Position numbers and translations under genes: made by a program. Shown piece after piece: positions 49,328 through 62,918 of a stretch of DNA of 64,000 nucleotides. The notes under the pieces are model-generated. The model saw only the letters and a list, made by a program, of their open reading frames with translations. It ran no database searches and was not told the origin of the DNA. The stretch lies in the NCBI GenBank assembly GCA_010093995.1, contig ML992502.1, forward strand, positions 2,612,728 through 2,676,727. The letters run 5' to 3'. Within the stretch, counting starts at the first letter, position 1; every line of letters starts with the position of its first letter. Source of the DNA: Elsinoe ampelina. Taxonomy: Eukaryota.

Positions 49328-51112
49328 TTAGGCATCAACTCTCCACTCAACATACCTCTCACACCCCGACAACCCCGACCCCAACCTCCTCCAGAACCCC
49401 TCCATCACCACCGGATCCCCAGCCTCAAACCTCACCCTGTACGGCCACTTCTCCACCAGGGTATGCCCCTCCTTGACCCTCATCCCCGCCTGCCTCGCCG
49501 CCTCCCCAAACCTGATCCGCTGCGTATACGTCTCCCAGATCTCATCAAAAGGCAACGCACACTTCCCCGCGAACTCAGTGAAAACAACCAACTGCATCAT
49601 ATTCCTCCCCAACTCGGGCAGCAGTTTCAGGACCGCCGGCCCAAGCGCGGCAGTGGCGATGGTCTGCTCGGCCGTCACTGTGTTGGGGATGGCGTTGAGG
49701 TACAGCGTGAGCAGCGTCGCGTGGGGATTGGTCCGGTTGAGGAGGTCGCGGGCGAGGAGCAAGGTGCGGGACGTGCCGAGGTAGCCTGCGTCGCTGGCGT
49801 TGGAGACGTCGAGGCGGTCGAATTTGGTGGTTGGGTGGGTGGTGCGGAGGGCGGTGGCGTCGGTGCAGGAGAGGACGATGGTGGTGGGGCGGGAGAGGAG
49901 GGAGGTTTCGGCTAGGTGGGTGAGGGTGTGGAGCATGTGGTGGAGTTGGCCGTAGGTGTCGTTGGTTAGGCCGGGGAGGTGGGTTGGGTGGGAGTGGGTG
50001 GTGCGGTCGGTGGGGTCCCAGCCTTCTTGGGGGTCGGCGAATTCCCGGGCTAGCCAGGTGCCTTTTGCATCGTAGAGGGTGCTGGTGAACAGGTGAGGAA
50101 TATGTCAAGGCGGTGGAGGGCGGTGGATGGACTTACAAGTTGGGGATGGTGAAGGCTTCGTCCGGACTGCCGTAAGGCAGCAAGATACCTCTGTCTCGGA
50201 ACTTCTCCATCGCTAGCCGTCGATGGCAATCAGAGGTGATGGCCGTGTAGATACGATGAAGATGATCTTTGCGAGCATTCAGGACGCGGTATCTGTTCGC
50301 ATGAGCTTGATCGCTGTCCATCGGAGTAGAGAGTCTCTTGTGCATATAGCACCATTGTCCTCTTGTCAGGATGATGCGAAGATGGCTTGTGCCGCTCTTT
50401 ACGGTTTTTGAAAGCAAGCGATCCTCGTGTGCCCCGTGAGTCTTGTTGACAACGTCGTGGACAAGAGGCTTGACAACAGAATCCAGTAATGCGACATGAT
50501 CGGGGCGGAGACGAGCGGAGTACCAGACGTGGATCAGTGTGTCTATTGACAGAGGATGGTCACTTGTCAGTAGTAGCATGGAAATGACGTTCCTGAACAC
50601 GATGTCCGGTTCGCGATCGTTGATGGCGAGCGTGAAGGCGCCTTTGAACGACTGTGGTAATGCCGCGAGGGTCTTCAACGCACATCGAAAGTCGCCGGAT
50701 GCTGTTGGACTTAAGATTAGTCGATTGAACTTGCGGTGAGAAGGTCGTTAGTACCTGCGAAGAGCACCGCTAGATCCCCTGCGTAGTCCGTGCCTTCATT
50801 GGAGGACAGCTGGACGATGTCGAGCGCAGGTACGTTGCCCCAGACATATTTACTCAACAGATCTGCCATCAGGTATTTATCGTGCTCATCTTGGCCCAGG
50901 AATGAAGGAGGTCTTTCCTCCCTTGCCCAGTCAGGTAGCCAAAACGGAAGAGATAAATCCGATTTGCAGATGCGCTTGTGTGATTTCCAACTCCGGCGCT
51001 GACAGGTCGAACTGCAATATGCCACTAAATGGCAATGACTGCAGACTTTGGTCGCATCGTTCGGACAAGGGTCTTCATCGTCGCCGCCCTGACGAGCACA
51101 AAGGACCGCCAT
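49328..51112 (-). CDS. MYND zinc-finger / DUF4470-domain protein, multi-exon
   Basis: CSHCHLVAYCSSTCQRRSWKSHKRIC, WGNVPALD, LFA/ASGDFR, INDREPDIVFRN and FDRLDVSNASD. Confidence 0.85.
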
Positions 51113-52371
51113 TGTGTTGAGCTGTGGATGATGAAACGCCAGAGGTGAAATGTGATACGATAGGAAAGAAGATATTTCACATTCTCACCTCGACAGAACT
51201 ATCGGGTAACTGCCAGCAGAATTCTCACAAACACTTTCACATGTGGTGAATATGCTTGCGTTTGTAGACATGTGACACTGGGAACATTGCGCGACGTGGT
51301 AGCTAAAGACAGCGCAGGTCGACACGACACCATACAGCAAACGACAAGTTGCGAAAGTAGACATCCACGATCCCCCATGTCGGCGATCAGGGTAGCAGCA
51401 TAAAGACTCTCGCCGCTCGGATGGTATGCAGATGCTAAGAAGACCATGTCGGCATGGTTGATGTCTGCCGCAGACCGCGCGTCCAAGTGCGGCAAGGTTT
51501 AGTTATTACCTTAGACATGGCGGAAGGATGGCAGCGAGCCGTTTGGCGATTCAAGGTTTGGCTGACGGGCCGTCTTTGCCTGATTGACCCGAAACATTGA
51601 CATATGAATGATGAGAGCACTTTTCCAGGCAAGACTCGTCAGAGTTCATCAACCTGGTAGCCACGGTGAAGTAAAGTGGGTAGAAGAGCAGAGAAGTCGA
51701 CTTTCGATCCAGCTCGCTTATCAACGTCGACTGATCGCGACGACCGCCAAGTAAAACTCAAGAAACTCAAGGCGGAGCGGAAGATCTAAGCGGAGCCGCG
51801 GCGGATTGTATTGGAGGGCGAGGAGCTTCTTGCCTACTCTGCGTAGCGTAGAGTATATAGAGTACAGTATCTGCGGAGTATCTGGGGCTGGTGTCGCTGA
51901 TCGCCCAATGATTACACTAGCACCATCTGCCCTCTGAATCAGGTCATTCCCCGTCACGCTCCCGTCTACTCTTTCATCCTGTCCTCCAGTATTATATCCA
52001 AAAGACGCTCCTCCAGACTGCAACGGGCTTGCACTATTCATCCGGCAAGCGACGTTCCAGCCAACCACTTCCAAGCTTTCCTCTTTCGTGCCCGGATCGA
52101 TTCTGCGACATCGTTTCCTGGCCCGACTGCGTCCATCCATCCATTGCCGGTTTTTGACCTCGACTCTTCCAAGCACGATCTACCGTTCGCTGTTCTCTTG
52201 CGTTAGGGCTATGTGAAGGTGTGCTGTGTGGCTGCAGACTATCAATATTCCTACATTCGTTCCATTGTACTCTTCAACCACGAGCAGTCGTCCATCGAGT
52301 TCGCCCAGTCGATCAGCACCCAAGCACGGATCACTTGCGGTATACACGACCTCCGTCAGACATTGTTCAAC

Positions 52372-53288
52372 ATGGCCATGGCAGAAGAATCTGAGAGAAC
52401 CGAGACTGGCACAGGCATGCCATCAATACCCCCGCTCGAGCTCGGTGACCTTTCCATGTCTGGCACATCCCAACCCAATGCCGATCAACCGGCCTCAACA
52501 TCTGCCGAGAAGAAGGAGGAAGTTGAACACGATGAACAAGCACATACTGGTGCAGAGACCTCGAATCTGGCAGTGCAGAAAGAAGAGCAACCACGGACGT
52601 CAACAGAGGTGGAAGCAGCAAGAGGAGATAAAGCCGGCCCTTTACCAGCACCAATTGACACCTCAATGCCCGCCATGACCCGACAGAACTCCGAGGCGAT
52701 TGGACCCTCGACAGACCTGCCCACTCCCATGCTACAACCGCCTTCGTCAGTTCTGGCGGCCGGGCCAGTCGTACAATTCACCCTCCTGCTGGCTTCCACA
52801 GGGACTCGGCATCCCTTCCAGCTCAACGAGAAGTACTTGAACAAGCGCAACGTCACGGCAGCAGACCAAGAAGGCAAATTCGATCCTTCTACCATAAGTG
52901 TCTACACACTGAAAGAGCTGATACTGAAAGACTGGCGAGACGGTGAGCTCTCATATATCTTTCGACTAGCATATCTCGGCTAATATGTCTATCAGACTGG
53001 GACCAGAAACCAAGTTCGCCTTCTGCTATACGCCTCATCTTCTTCGGTCAGCTCTTGACCGACAACGTCAGTTTGAAGGGTAAGCGAGGTGTTCGAGTTC
53101 TACATTCACATTACTAACTTTTACCAGAATGCAAACTCCAAACTGACGGCACTCCGAATGTCCTGCACATCACCGTCAAGCCTCAGGAAGTCATGGACGA
53201 TGAAGAAGCCGGCAAGGGTAAATCTAGCATGTCACGCGACCGAGATGGTGGCGATAGCACGCCAGGGTGCAGATGCGTCATATTATGA
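52372..53288 (+). CDS. UBL3/MUB-like membrane-anchored ubiquitin-fold protein
   Basis: LLASTGTRHPF...SVYTLKELILKDWRD, PSSPSAIRLIFFGQLL and NVLHITVKP; C-terminal CRCVIL* CAAX box; two introns. Confidence 0.85.
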
Positions 53289-54075
53289 GCCAACTCCTGA
53301 CACTCGACAACGAAAATACCAGCGTCCTGCTGACGGCAAGCGACCACGAGCAACAACATTGAGTCGAAGATGCCGAACTCTGCACGGAAGGCTGCACATA
53401 TAGTCTGTAGCAAGCCCGCACATATCAGGGGAGAGTGTTAAGCAGCAACCTCTCGGCCCCTGCAGTCTCGGTCGGCGCTATCGGCATGCATGTTGCCCTC
53501 TGCTCCTTCGAGAGGCTGCTTCGCCGAACGCTGGCCAACTTAGAGCAGAAGCGATGGGAACTCCGGCACCGACGAATTATATTCCTGCACAGTCTGTGCA
53601 TGTACTCGATATGGCCTTGAAGGGGAATCAAGGTTCGCCCTTACAATGGATGGGGGACGCGAGCCGTAACGTAGTAGGAGCTCTAGTATGGAGGGAGATG
53701 CGCAGGTCGCTTGTTCAACTGGATTGACAACACCACTGTTCATGTATAGATTATTGTAGACCATCACTCTCGAATACACTCATGTACAGCATACATGTAT
53801 ATGCCCGACCATCTATCCTTTGCAGTGTAGCGTCGTGAAGTGATTGGATTTCTGCCAGAGCAGAAGCTTTGTGAATCATCAAAAATTGTTTCCCCTCCAT
53901 CCAACCTTCAACCAACAATTCTCAATTCGACAAGCTGGCCGCGCATCTGATCAAGAACAATTTTCGTTCTCTGTCCAGCAGAAGAGGATTTGTTCCCTCG
54001 CGACGGATATTTCCAATACCGATTCCACTCCCATACCGAGCTCTCGTACGGAACCTTTCATACACGCCCTTCACG

Positions 54076-55359
54076 ATGACAACCGCTTTCGACGACCGCA
54101 CAAAGACTCTCCTTACTTCTTCCTACCCTGGCATTGACCTCTCCGCCTCGCCTGCCGAGCTGTCCAAGGCTACTTTTGCAGACCAGTCATACACTCCAGC
54201 CGAAGAGCAGGACATCTCAGCATGGCTCAAGAAGTCTTCAAATGTTGAGTCAAGCGTGCCAGAGCTCAATAGCCACCTCTCCTCCCGCACGACTGTCATT
54301 GGCTCAAAGCCGTCGATAGCAGATGTAGCCTTGTACTCGAAGCTAGCACCCCTCGTGTCATCTTGGAGCGACGAGCAACGGACAGGAAAGGACGGTCATC
54401 ATCACATTGTGCGATTCGTCGACTATGTACAGAACGCGGATATCTACAAGCTTAAGATTACAGACTCGGACAAGGTCAAGATCGACGCCGACAAGGTTCT
54501 CTCTCCCATACCACCGGTCGACCCGAAGGCCGAGAAGGAGCGCAAGAAGAAGGAGAAGGAAGCCGCCGCTGCCGCCGCCGGAGGTGCAGCCAGCACAAAC
54601 GCTGGCAAGGAGAACAAGTCTCTGCCCGAGCGTGTTAAGGAGAAGGCCAGCGAGGCAAAGGACAAGGTAGCGGCGGCAGTCACGGGTGAAGCTGGGGCAC
54701 CTCAAAAGAAGAAAGAGAAGGCGCCCAAACAGCCCAAGCCACAAAAGGCGGCGCCAGTGGAGAAGCCCCTTTCCCCTTCTCTTATCGACCTCCGCGTAGG
54801 TCACATCCTCAAGGCCGTCAATCACCCCAATGCCGACAGTCTTTACGTCTCGACGATCGCATGCGGCGACGCGCCTGGCACCGATAACACGAGTGAATAT
54901 GAAGGCCAAGTCGTGCGGACAGTGTGCTCTGGTCTGAATGGCCTTGTACCGCTCGAGTCGATGCAAGGGCGCAAGATCGTGGCTGTGTGCAATCTCAAGC
55001 CTGTGACGATGCGAGGGATCAAGTCAGCTGCGATGGTACTTGCTGCTTCACCGCGCCTGAAGGAAGGTGAAACGGACGACCACAAGGGACCGGTCGAGCT
55101 CGTGGAGCTGCCAGAGACCGCCAAGGCCGGCGACAGGGTGTACTTTGAGGGCTGGGAGGGAGAGCCAGAGCCGGTGCTGAACCCGAAGAAGAAGCAGTGG
55201 GAGGCGGTACAACCAGGATTCACGACGACCGAGGGTGGAGAAGTGGCATTTGATCCGGAGGGCACGGAGGGATTAAAGGGCAAGGGCAGTTTTGGAAAGC
55301 TGATGGTGGGAGGGAAGGTGTGCACTGTGCCCACGCTCAAGGGGGCGACGGTGAGGTAA
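54076..55359 (+). CDS. ARC1: tRNA-aminoacylation cofactor Arc1
   Basis: GST-like N-domain, Lys/Ala-rich linker and EMAP-II-like domain (IDLRVGHILKAVNHPNADSLYVS, CNLKPVTMRGIKSAAMVL, LNPKKK). Confidence 0.93.
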   Translation: MTTAFDDRTKTLLTSSYPGIDLSASPAELSKATFADQSYTPAEEQDISAWLKKSSNVESSVPELNSHLSSRTTVIGSKPSIADVALYSKLAPLVSSWSDEQRTGKDGHHHIVRFVDYVQNADIYKLKITDSDKVKIDADKVLSPIPPVDPKAEKERKKKEKEAAAAAAGGAASTNAGKENKSLPERVKEKASEAKDKVAAAVTGEAGAPQKKKEKAPKQPKPQKAAPVEKPLSPSLIDLRVGHILKAVNHPNADSLYVSTIACGDAPGTDNTSEYEGQVVRTVCSGLNGLVPLESMQGRKIVAVCNLKPVTMRGIKSAAMVLAASPRLKEGETDDHKGPVELVELPETAKAGDRVYFEGWEGEPEPVLNPKKKQWEAVQPGFTTTEGGEVAFDPEGTEGLKGKGSFGKLMVGGKVCTVPTLKGATVR

Positions 55360-56954
55360 AAAAGAATGAATCGCCACGGATTCCGTCTTCGAGTCGAGCA
55401 TTGAGATGCGGCCCAATAATCAGCCGACTCTTTCGCCCAAATTGTGCATGGCGGCGTATTCGAGGCTCCATGGGGCCTCACTAGTGCTCAGCCATGATTG
55501 ATGGTTCGCGTGCATTTAGCGATGATAGAGAATCCGATACCACAAATGCGTGTCCGACCACCAGATTTGTTCATGTCGTAGCTTCCCGGTCGGACCATCG
55601 CTTGCAACATTCTTGAAAGAAAAGAAAAGCCACATCGTGCATCAAATCGCGTTGCCAGACAGATCAAGCACCGCACAAGAGATCCTGTCAAGACGCTACC
55701 TCTGCAGCCAAACCAACGAGAGACGACGTGCATGATCCACTAATCGATCGAGATGCTGTAGAGCAAGCCGCCATTTGTGGTAATATGTTGTACAGCCTCA
55801 TGCAATCACTACCTTTACAGCAAGACTACACGAACCAGATTAGCAGGTGTGACCGTCTCAATCAATCCAACCAAGATGAGCACGTTACGGAAAGAGCAAC
55901 CCGGTCTGTCACACTACTTGCCGGTGGGGTCAAATGGTACAAACGTGCCTAGACGTCGATGATCTGTAGGGCCTGAGCAATTCGCTGAATAAGAAAATTA
56001 AGGCGTGGTCGAAAGCATCACACCTCTCTTTCTCGGACCTGACCGGTATCGCTGCTTAGCTCGTCGCTAGTCTTAGGAGTACCAGGAACCACTATCGAGC
56101 ATGGAAGTGCTGATCGACGACAGGACCAGGTTGGAAGGCACGCAGGACAAGAGCTGGTCAACAATCTCAGCGACAATGATGGGTGAGGGAGACAGCAAAC
56201 CTGGTCAACCATCTTCACGCACACCACGTCTCGGTCTCATTAACCACGATCGTCGTCAAGTCAGCAAGATCTGGCCACCGTAATCTGATTCTTGCGTACC
56301 AAGTGGAACATCCCACATGGCAGCAGAACAACAAGGGCTCAGTCTGTCATTTACGCTTCCACTCCTTCTGGCGACCTTCCAGAAAACCACGAAACCCGTG
56401 GACTAGCGGCAGGCCCACGCACAGCTGGGGATATGGCCTTCTTGGCCATCCCCAAGATGGGACAAGACATGCCCGTCGGTGACGACGCTCGACAGCCACC
56501 GACGCCGTATGTCCTCGACCTTCACCGCTTGAGCGTCCATGATCTGCCTGGGGGAGGACCACCCTTTGGATCCCGACTGGGAATCTCCCCGCCGAGCCTG
56601 CTTGACCATACTAGACCGCGGCTTGCTATTCTTCGTACTTGCTTGAAAAGTCCGACGAATAGCTAAGCTAGTGGTTCCATCGCTTGCACCACCCCGGAAC
56701 ACCACCCCCAACACCGTCTTTGGGACCAGCGTCTCCGGACCAGGTCAGTCGCGCATGGCTTCCGCAGTGTGTCGTCTATCTTTCTTTGATTTCCTCCCAG
56801 GGTTACAAAGCTTCTGTCATCCAGAAAGCATGGGCCTCGCCCTCTCATTTTTGAGTCTTCTACTCCTGCAATGAGCCCTGATCGTCCCTCAGGCCATTTG
56901 CAATCACTATTCTTTTCATACAAACTCTCTCCATGAAGCAAGCTACACGTACAG

Positions 56955-58234
56955 ATGACGCCGCCGCAAACAGACTCGGGCGTAAGTGTTATTCCGTTCT
57001 CGACAAACTCCCCTTACCCAGCCATGTCCCTACTGCAAACCGTTCCTTCAGCTCCTGCCGCCCCCGCAAAAAAACCCCAAAAACGCTCAGACGAGTCAGT
57101 CAGCTTCTCGTTCTTCAAGACTGACAATGTCTACCACAGGCCTCATCACCTGTTGGCGGCGGCTCGGTGACGTCCAAGGCAAAGGCTGAGAAGATATCCA
57201 ATCTCGTCAGGACCAGAGAGAATCAACGGAGATCGCGCGCTCGCCGGAGAGAGTACATCGCCGGCCTCGAAGCCAAATACCGCAGATATGAAGCCATGGG
57301 AGCGGAAGCCAGTGTGGAAATACAACAAGCTGCCAGAAAAGTGTTGGAAGAGAACAGACGTCTGCGCAGCATCATACAGGAGTATGGTCTGAAGGTGGAG
57401 GAGAACGAAGAACGTCCAACGGAGAAGGTCGAGAGTCTGCTCTCCAGGAAGCGGACATTGGAGGACGATGGAACGCTACCTACCGGGCGATCAATCGCGC
57501 TTAAGCCTGCCTCGGGCTTGGAAGAAGTCGCTGAGCGCTCAGCCTCGGTCGTCGCCGCCGCCAGACCTACCATTGGCACAGCGCAGTCAAGTGTCACCGC
57601 GACACCGCAGCCCCAACGACAACAGCTGACATTGGTCACACCGAAGATAGAGCCCGGACTGGAGACATTCGATCACGATGGATGGGAGTCGGACTCGGCC
57701 AATATGCAGACCCCTCTGCGCCAGATGGCTTCTGGGCAAGAGGCATGGAGTGCACCTCCTACAGGTCCCTCCCATCCCTACCAAGCACAGCAAAATTGGG
57801 CACCTCACATCACGGGCATGAGTCTAGATGCGCAAGAACTCGCAGCAGCAGCAGGTCTGTCGTTGTCAGACCCCAGCATACGCTATCTCCTCACGGACCC
57901 CGACACCCTCCTCAAGCAAATGTACGGCCTGCCTGCGGAAAGCTACCAGCAGAGCCAACGACAAGTCGGCTATCAAAGCTTGACAGGTCCTGCAAGCTCA
58001 CACTCCGACGCCGAGTTCCACTGGGGCATTTCTCAGCCCCAACACCATCCCTCGGCCTCACAACAGCAGCAGCATCCACAAATGGCCCATTCTCAGCATC
58101 CGTCGCAAATGAACACACCACAAATGGGCGTCCCTCAACCTCATCAGCAGATACAACACCAGACCAACCATCAATACCCCCAAGGTCAAGGCCAAATGTA
58201 TCCTCCACCAGGATACCAATATCCGCAACGCTGA
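56955..58234 (+). CDS. bZIP transcription factor with Gln-rich C-terminus
   Basis: Exon 1 MTPPQTDSG, intron 56982-57139 (GTAAGT..CTGAC..CAG), then the basic region RTRENQRRSRARRREYIAGLE and zipper ARKVLEENRRLR. Confidence 0.82.
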
Positions 58235-59196
58235 AAATCCCTCATCCGTAACAGCACTGGATGAGCCCTGCATTTGCCCGGCACTTATGACCGGCATGTG
58301 GCGTATCCCAAAGCGTAATACAGCCCCAAACGCCCAACATAGGCGGTCCAGTATAGCCAGAGTTTGCGTGGCGTCAATGCGGCGTCGTAGCCCTGGGTAT
58401 AGGGCTGATGTTCTGCATGATACACGTGCTTTCCTGATTCCGGTTTCGGGTTGGGTGATTGATAAGGGTGTCTTCTATGAATAGCTTCACGCGCCAAGAT
58501 CAAGCTGCAAGTGAGGCGAGGGCACGATTGAACGTGTAGTACAGCATGGAGCTTCCTTTGGACCGGCGAGGGCGGGGTGAGGTCTGTCAGCTAAAACAGG
58601 CAATGTTGCTTGCTTCGCCTGCTGGCGAGAACGGAGTACATATTGGGAGAGGAACATCCATCATCAATGCCATGGGGAGCCCTCAACTAATCAATCTCGA
58701 CTCGTGGCAGTCACCGCCACCGCCACCTCTCCATCCCTTGATCGGCTTCGGGAGCGACTGGATCTGTCTCAACGGACGGTACAGCCAGCCACGCCTGACA
58801 CAAGCGACAGGCAATTATTCCTGCGCCGGAGACCGCGGGTGCTTGCAACCTCCCAGTGAGGCGCTCAGTTGATCAGCGAGGGACGGAGTCGGTCATCGAG
58901 GCACGCAGGGAGAGAAATGGGGAAGCTTGGATGGGCGCCGGGCACAGTGATCGAGAGGTCCAGCGCCGCCCACGTCCGTCGGAGGGCAGAGAAACAGGGC
59001 CGAGGTTGCTTCCGAGACACCTTGTACGTCGTGAAGTCGCTTCATGGCATGATCTTGCACGAGCCGTGTCATGGCTTTGGAGCAAGGATACGGAGTGCCG
59101 CCTTTGAGCAAGGACAAGGGCTACAGGCGTGGCAGAGATCGCAAGCAGAGACTGGATGGGGCACATGAAGGTATGAAAGCTGATTCTGATTGATCA

Positions 59197-59230
59197 GGCT
59201 GGATGCAGGATGCAGGATGCTGGACGCAGG
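59197..59230. repeat. Short 7-bp microsatellite (GGATGCA/GGATGCT)
   Basis: ggctggatgcaggatgcaggatgctggacgcagg. Confidence 0.55.
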
Positions 59231-59517
59231 GCATTGAGTCGCGCCGACCCTGTCCTCGTCTCTCAAGCGGTGATGAAACCGAGCTAGTCTGCCGAACCTC
59301 TACCGTGAGGATTCCCTGATAACGCCTACGCTAAATAAAGATTACAACACCCCGTTATCCTTGTGATTCTGTCCATTCCCACTCCTGCGAGGCAGATCGC
59401 TCGTGTCTTGCCATGCCGCCGTCGTCGTTGCACAAGCCACATGACGCACCTGGTCCAGATGCCAATCCTGCCTCGTCCGTCGCTCTTCCCCACTCCGCCT
59501 GCGGCAAAAGCTCCCAC

Positions 59518-61384
59518 CTACCCGTCGAGATTCATAAACTCCTCCAACCCGTCCCCACCTTGGCCCCTCTGCCCCTGCGCTCGCCCCTGCCCTGCTCCCT
59601 CCTGCCCCGACCCCTCCCTCCACCCCCCCGGCACCGCACCCCCCAACGCCTCCCCCCTCGTCTCCCGCCTCACCTCCCTCACTTCCCCCGCTCCACTCCC
59701 CGGCGCCCTCACACAGTCTAGCCGCCCATTCATCTTGGGTCCCATCTCCCCGGCCTCTCCCCTCGCGAGCTCCGCTTCCCATGCCGCGCTCCCGTTCATG
59801 ACGGGGAAGAGGAGGGTGGTTTCGTACCACCTCCCTTTTATCTCGTGCGTGGCGACGGAGACGGAGGGGCGGGTGAGGATGTAGGTGGAGTGGCTGGCTT
59901 TCAGGCGGGTGGTGGTGGCGTTGCGGAGGGTGAGGTCGTGGGTGAGACGGGTGGGGAGAGAGGCGGGGTGGTCGATGGAGGAGGTGGAGGGGAGGGTGCG
60001 GAGGGTGTACGTGTCTCCTTGTAGGGATAGGGAGCGGGACAGGATGGCGTTGTTGAAGGCGGAGGTTTGGGTTGTTTCGGTGATGCCGTGGAGGATGAGG
60101 ATGTCGAGACTGTTGGGCGTGGAGCTGGTGCGTAGGCGGACGGGGTCGCCGATCCAGAGGCGTTCGGCGCCGAGGTAGAGGCCGTTGTAGGTTGTTGTGG
60201 TGCCGGTTGAGGAAGGCGTGGTGGTAATGGGCTCGAAGGGGGTGAAGGAGATATCGATGGCTTTGGCGGCGAGGATGGAGCCGTCGACTTCCATGTCACC
60301 TTCGCCGTACTTTTTGGCGTAAATGCCTTGCCAGTCGGCTGTGTCGAAGCTAACGGGCATGCCATTGAGAGCAGGGTGGGTGAAACTTGGGACTGACCAC
60401 GCAAGCCAGGGGCGGAGCAGAGATTCGGATGTGATGGTCACTGCTGGTGGGTGCTGATACGGGTGAGATAGTGGTTGGATCAAGAAAGCTGGCGAGCTTG
60501 GCCCAGTCTGGTTCTGGAACCAGCGACGTGTGATGACTCCGAGACCCCATCTAGTGCCTCTGTTGAACCATACCAGCTCGCCTTGTCGAAAGATTGAAGT
60601 ACCGTAGGTCATGTCGAGCCGCTGGTCTTCATTCTTGGGCGTGAGATCTGGACGACCCGCGCGATGTGTGAGTGGTGCCCTGTCGCCAGTTGTAGCAGGT
60701 TTCGTGTCTTGCTGTGATGACTGTCGTTGCATAGACACCCTTTGTGCAGGCTCCGGTTTGACTACCTTGGTCTCTTGTTTTACCTCTTTCTTGGCCTCCT
60801 TCTTGATAGCTTGCAGTGATTTGTCGTCAATCTCTTCCGGACAGCATATCTTGCACCAGCAGTTGTCTGGATCTCCATCCTCATCTGTAGCCAGCCATAA
60901 CAAATGTGGATAGAAGTCTGCCGGGCTCCTGAACCGTTTCCTCTTTCCAAGTGGATGTCCATACAGATAGGCGTCCTGTCGTTCATTTCCACCACCTGCA
61001 TGGTTCTTCACGGTCTTTACTGCTTTCGACTCGTCCTCTGCTCGCTTGACGTGCTCGTAGAGTCGATAGTTCTCTGGAAAGCTCGCAAGCATGTACCCCC
61101 GCTCTATCACGATCAGCACATGTGGCATTGTGGATTGGAGGCAGCTCACCTGGATCTGCTTGGCCCATATCTCGTGCTAGCATACCGCCGAGCTTCCTCC
61201 TCCAGTCGAGATGCTTCTGCTCGTCCATGTCCACCTCGCGATAGTAGTCACTGATGCCATTGGCATCGGGCTTGCGGTCGAGCTGATCTGGTGTCGGCTC
61301 ATTCTTCTCTTTGATCTTGTGCCGATTCACAATGTTGATTTTGCCATCCGACCGAGACACATACAAAGGGAAGAAGCGACCCAT
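59518..61384 (-). CDS. CLR2: Cryptic loci regulator 2 (SHREC silencing complex) homolog
   Basis: WRRKLGGML, FPENYRLYEH, DAYLYGHPLGKRKRFRSPADFYPHLLWL...CWCKIC, FRQGELVW and YNGLYLGAERLWIGDPVRL; one intron near 61100-61149. Confidence 0.88.
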
Positions 61385-62001
61385 GATGCTGAAGGTCGCA
61401 TGTGTGCGGTGGTAAGATGCTCTGGTTTCTTGACATTGAATTTACAGTCGGCCGGGTTCACGTCGGAGTTAAGCAGCGCGATATAAATCCCCACCCCAGT
61501 CAACTTCCAGTTTCATTGTTTCCTCCCTTGACCGCAATATCAGGTAGTTGGGAATGTCCCATCTCGATTTCTGGTATGCATGCATTTGAAAATAGCTCCG
61601 TGGTCGAGAGGAATAGAGACTTCGTGACTGATGGCCCGGGTACGGGTCTGGTAGTATATCTCCCCATGTTTCTTTGATTTTACATCAAAACCTCCCAAAG
61701 AATAGATAGTGACGCTCAGAGCATCGGTGAAGATGTACCGGTGACATTCTTGGACGGTTGAGAAAATGGCGAAGAATCAGATGCGCAAAAATCAGGAGAC
61801 AACATAGATATCCCTACCACTGCTAGCAGGTAGTGGGGGCTTGATTTGCATGACGGCAGGAGAGACATATCACAAGAGATGGCAGGTGCTCGTTTCAGCA
61901 GTACGTTACTATGATCGATACGTGTGGGCTGTGAAGTCTTTGTGGCATGTGACGCCCCCCTGAGGAAGTATATATTGTTTTTCAACCTTCTATCTTCCAA
62001 T

Positions 62002-62165
62002 CTACAGAGGCTTCCGTATACTTTGCCAGACTCATCGTCTGGTTCAGATGCCAGAAGTCTACTGTAGCCCCGAATCACAACGAGCGAAAAGCGCCCCGAA
62101 ACTCTGCTAGCCAGATGTAGAGGCGCTCAGAGCTCGTTTGAGCCCTGCTTAGCAGGTTGCTTTTT
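62002..62165 (+). ncRNA. Candidate structured ncRNA, copy 1 (Pol III-like signals)
   Basis: Direct repeat of 62761-62918 with conserved stems and variable loops; TATATA at 61969, T5 at 62161 and GGTTCGATTCT at 62199. Confidence 0.55.
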
Positions 62166-62760
62166 GCCACTTTGGCATGCAAATGGGCGGCGGTTCTTGG
62201 TTCGATTCTGTGCTATGCGATGTTCTTTTTGAGGCAATTTTCAGCATCGTGTTGGACAAGTGACGTGTCTCTTTGCTTGTCCTCTCCCATCACCAAAGCT
62301 TCTGGATACGAGTATTCACCGGTGCGACATTTTTGGTAGATATTTTGATGCTGATGTCATCGTGATCAAAGAATTCAATGAGTAGTGACTTTGAATGAGG
62401 AATCTTCGTGTAGCGAGCCAAAGGAGGCGCACAGTTGGTAGTCGATTATGATTGCACGATTTGCACAGGGGACCTCATCTGTGAGCGGATGTCCGTTACC
62501 TAGCCACACAGTAGTCCCTTGTAGAAACAGATAGAGCACTCACCATTACGATGGCAGCGGAATGACTTCCTCTTGCAAGATGAGCGCTGCTCACGGCGAG
62601 AACGAACGACACCGATACTGCAAGTTACAGGTCTTGTCTTTGTGAGTTGGGCAATGGGCATTTGGCATGTGATATTGCAAGCAATCCAGCCTGCGATATG
62701 CAAGTCATACCACATTGGTGCATGACATTATATAGTTATCAGTCGTCCCTTTTCCTCATC

Positions 62761-62918
62761 CTACAATGCTTCCGTATACTCTGCCAGATCCGTCTGGTCC
62801 AGATGCCAGACATTGTAGCCTCAAATCACAACGAGCGAAAAGTTCCCCGAAAACTCTGCTAGCCAGATGTAGAGGAGCTCAGAGCACGTTTGAGCCCTGC
62901 CGAGCAGGTTGCTTTTTT
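62761..62918 (+). ncRNA. Candidate structured ncRNA, copy 2 (Pol III-like signals)
   Basis: Direct repeat of 62002-62165; TATATA at 62729, T6 at 62913 and GGTTCAATTCT at 62963. Confidence 0.55.

Noticed and set aside
47522..53288. Functional clustering of ERG8 with a prenylated CAAX protein (and Rab6 elsewhere in the window)
   Set aside because: These are housekeeping genes separated by unrelated loci, with no evidence of co-regulation.
62080..62165. RNase MRP/P RNA, U1/U3 snRNA or tRNA identity for the duplicated element (GAAAAG..CCCCG resembles MRP CR-I; ATACT resembles the U1 5' end)
   Set aside because: I found no downstream CR-V (GGGGCT-type) partner, no ACTTACC 5'-splice-site complement, no C/D boxes and no canonical tRNA D/T arms inside the repeat.
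62002..62918. TRIM or solo-LTR pair
   Set aside because: There are no TG...CA termini, primer-binding site, polypurine tract or target-site duplication, and the divergence pattern follows RNA stems.
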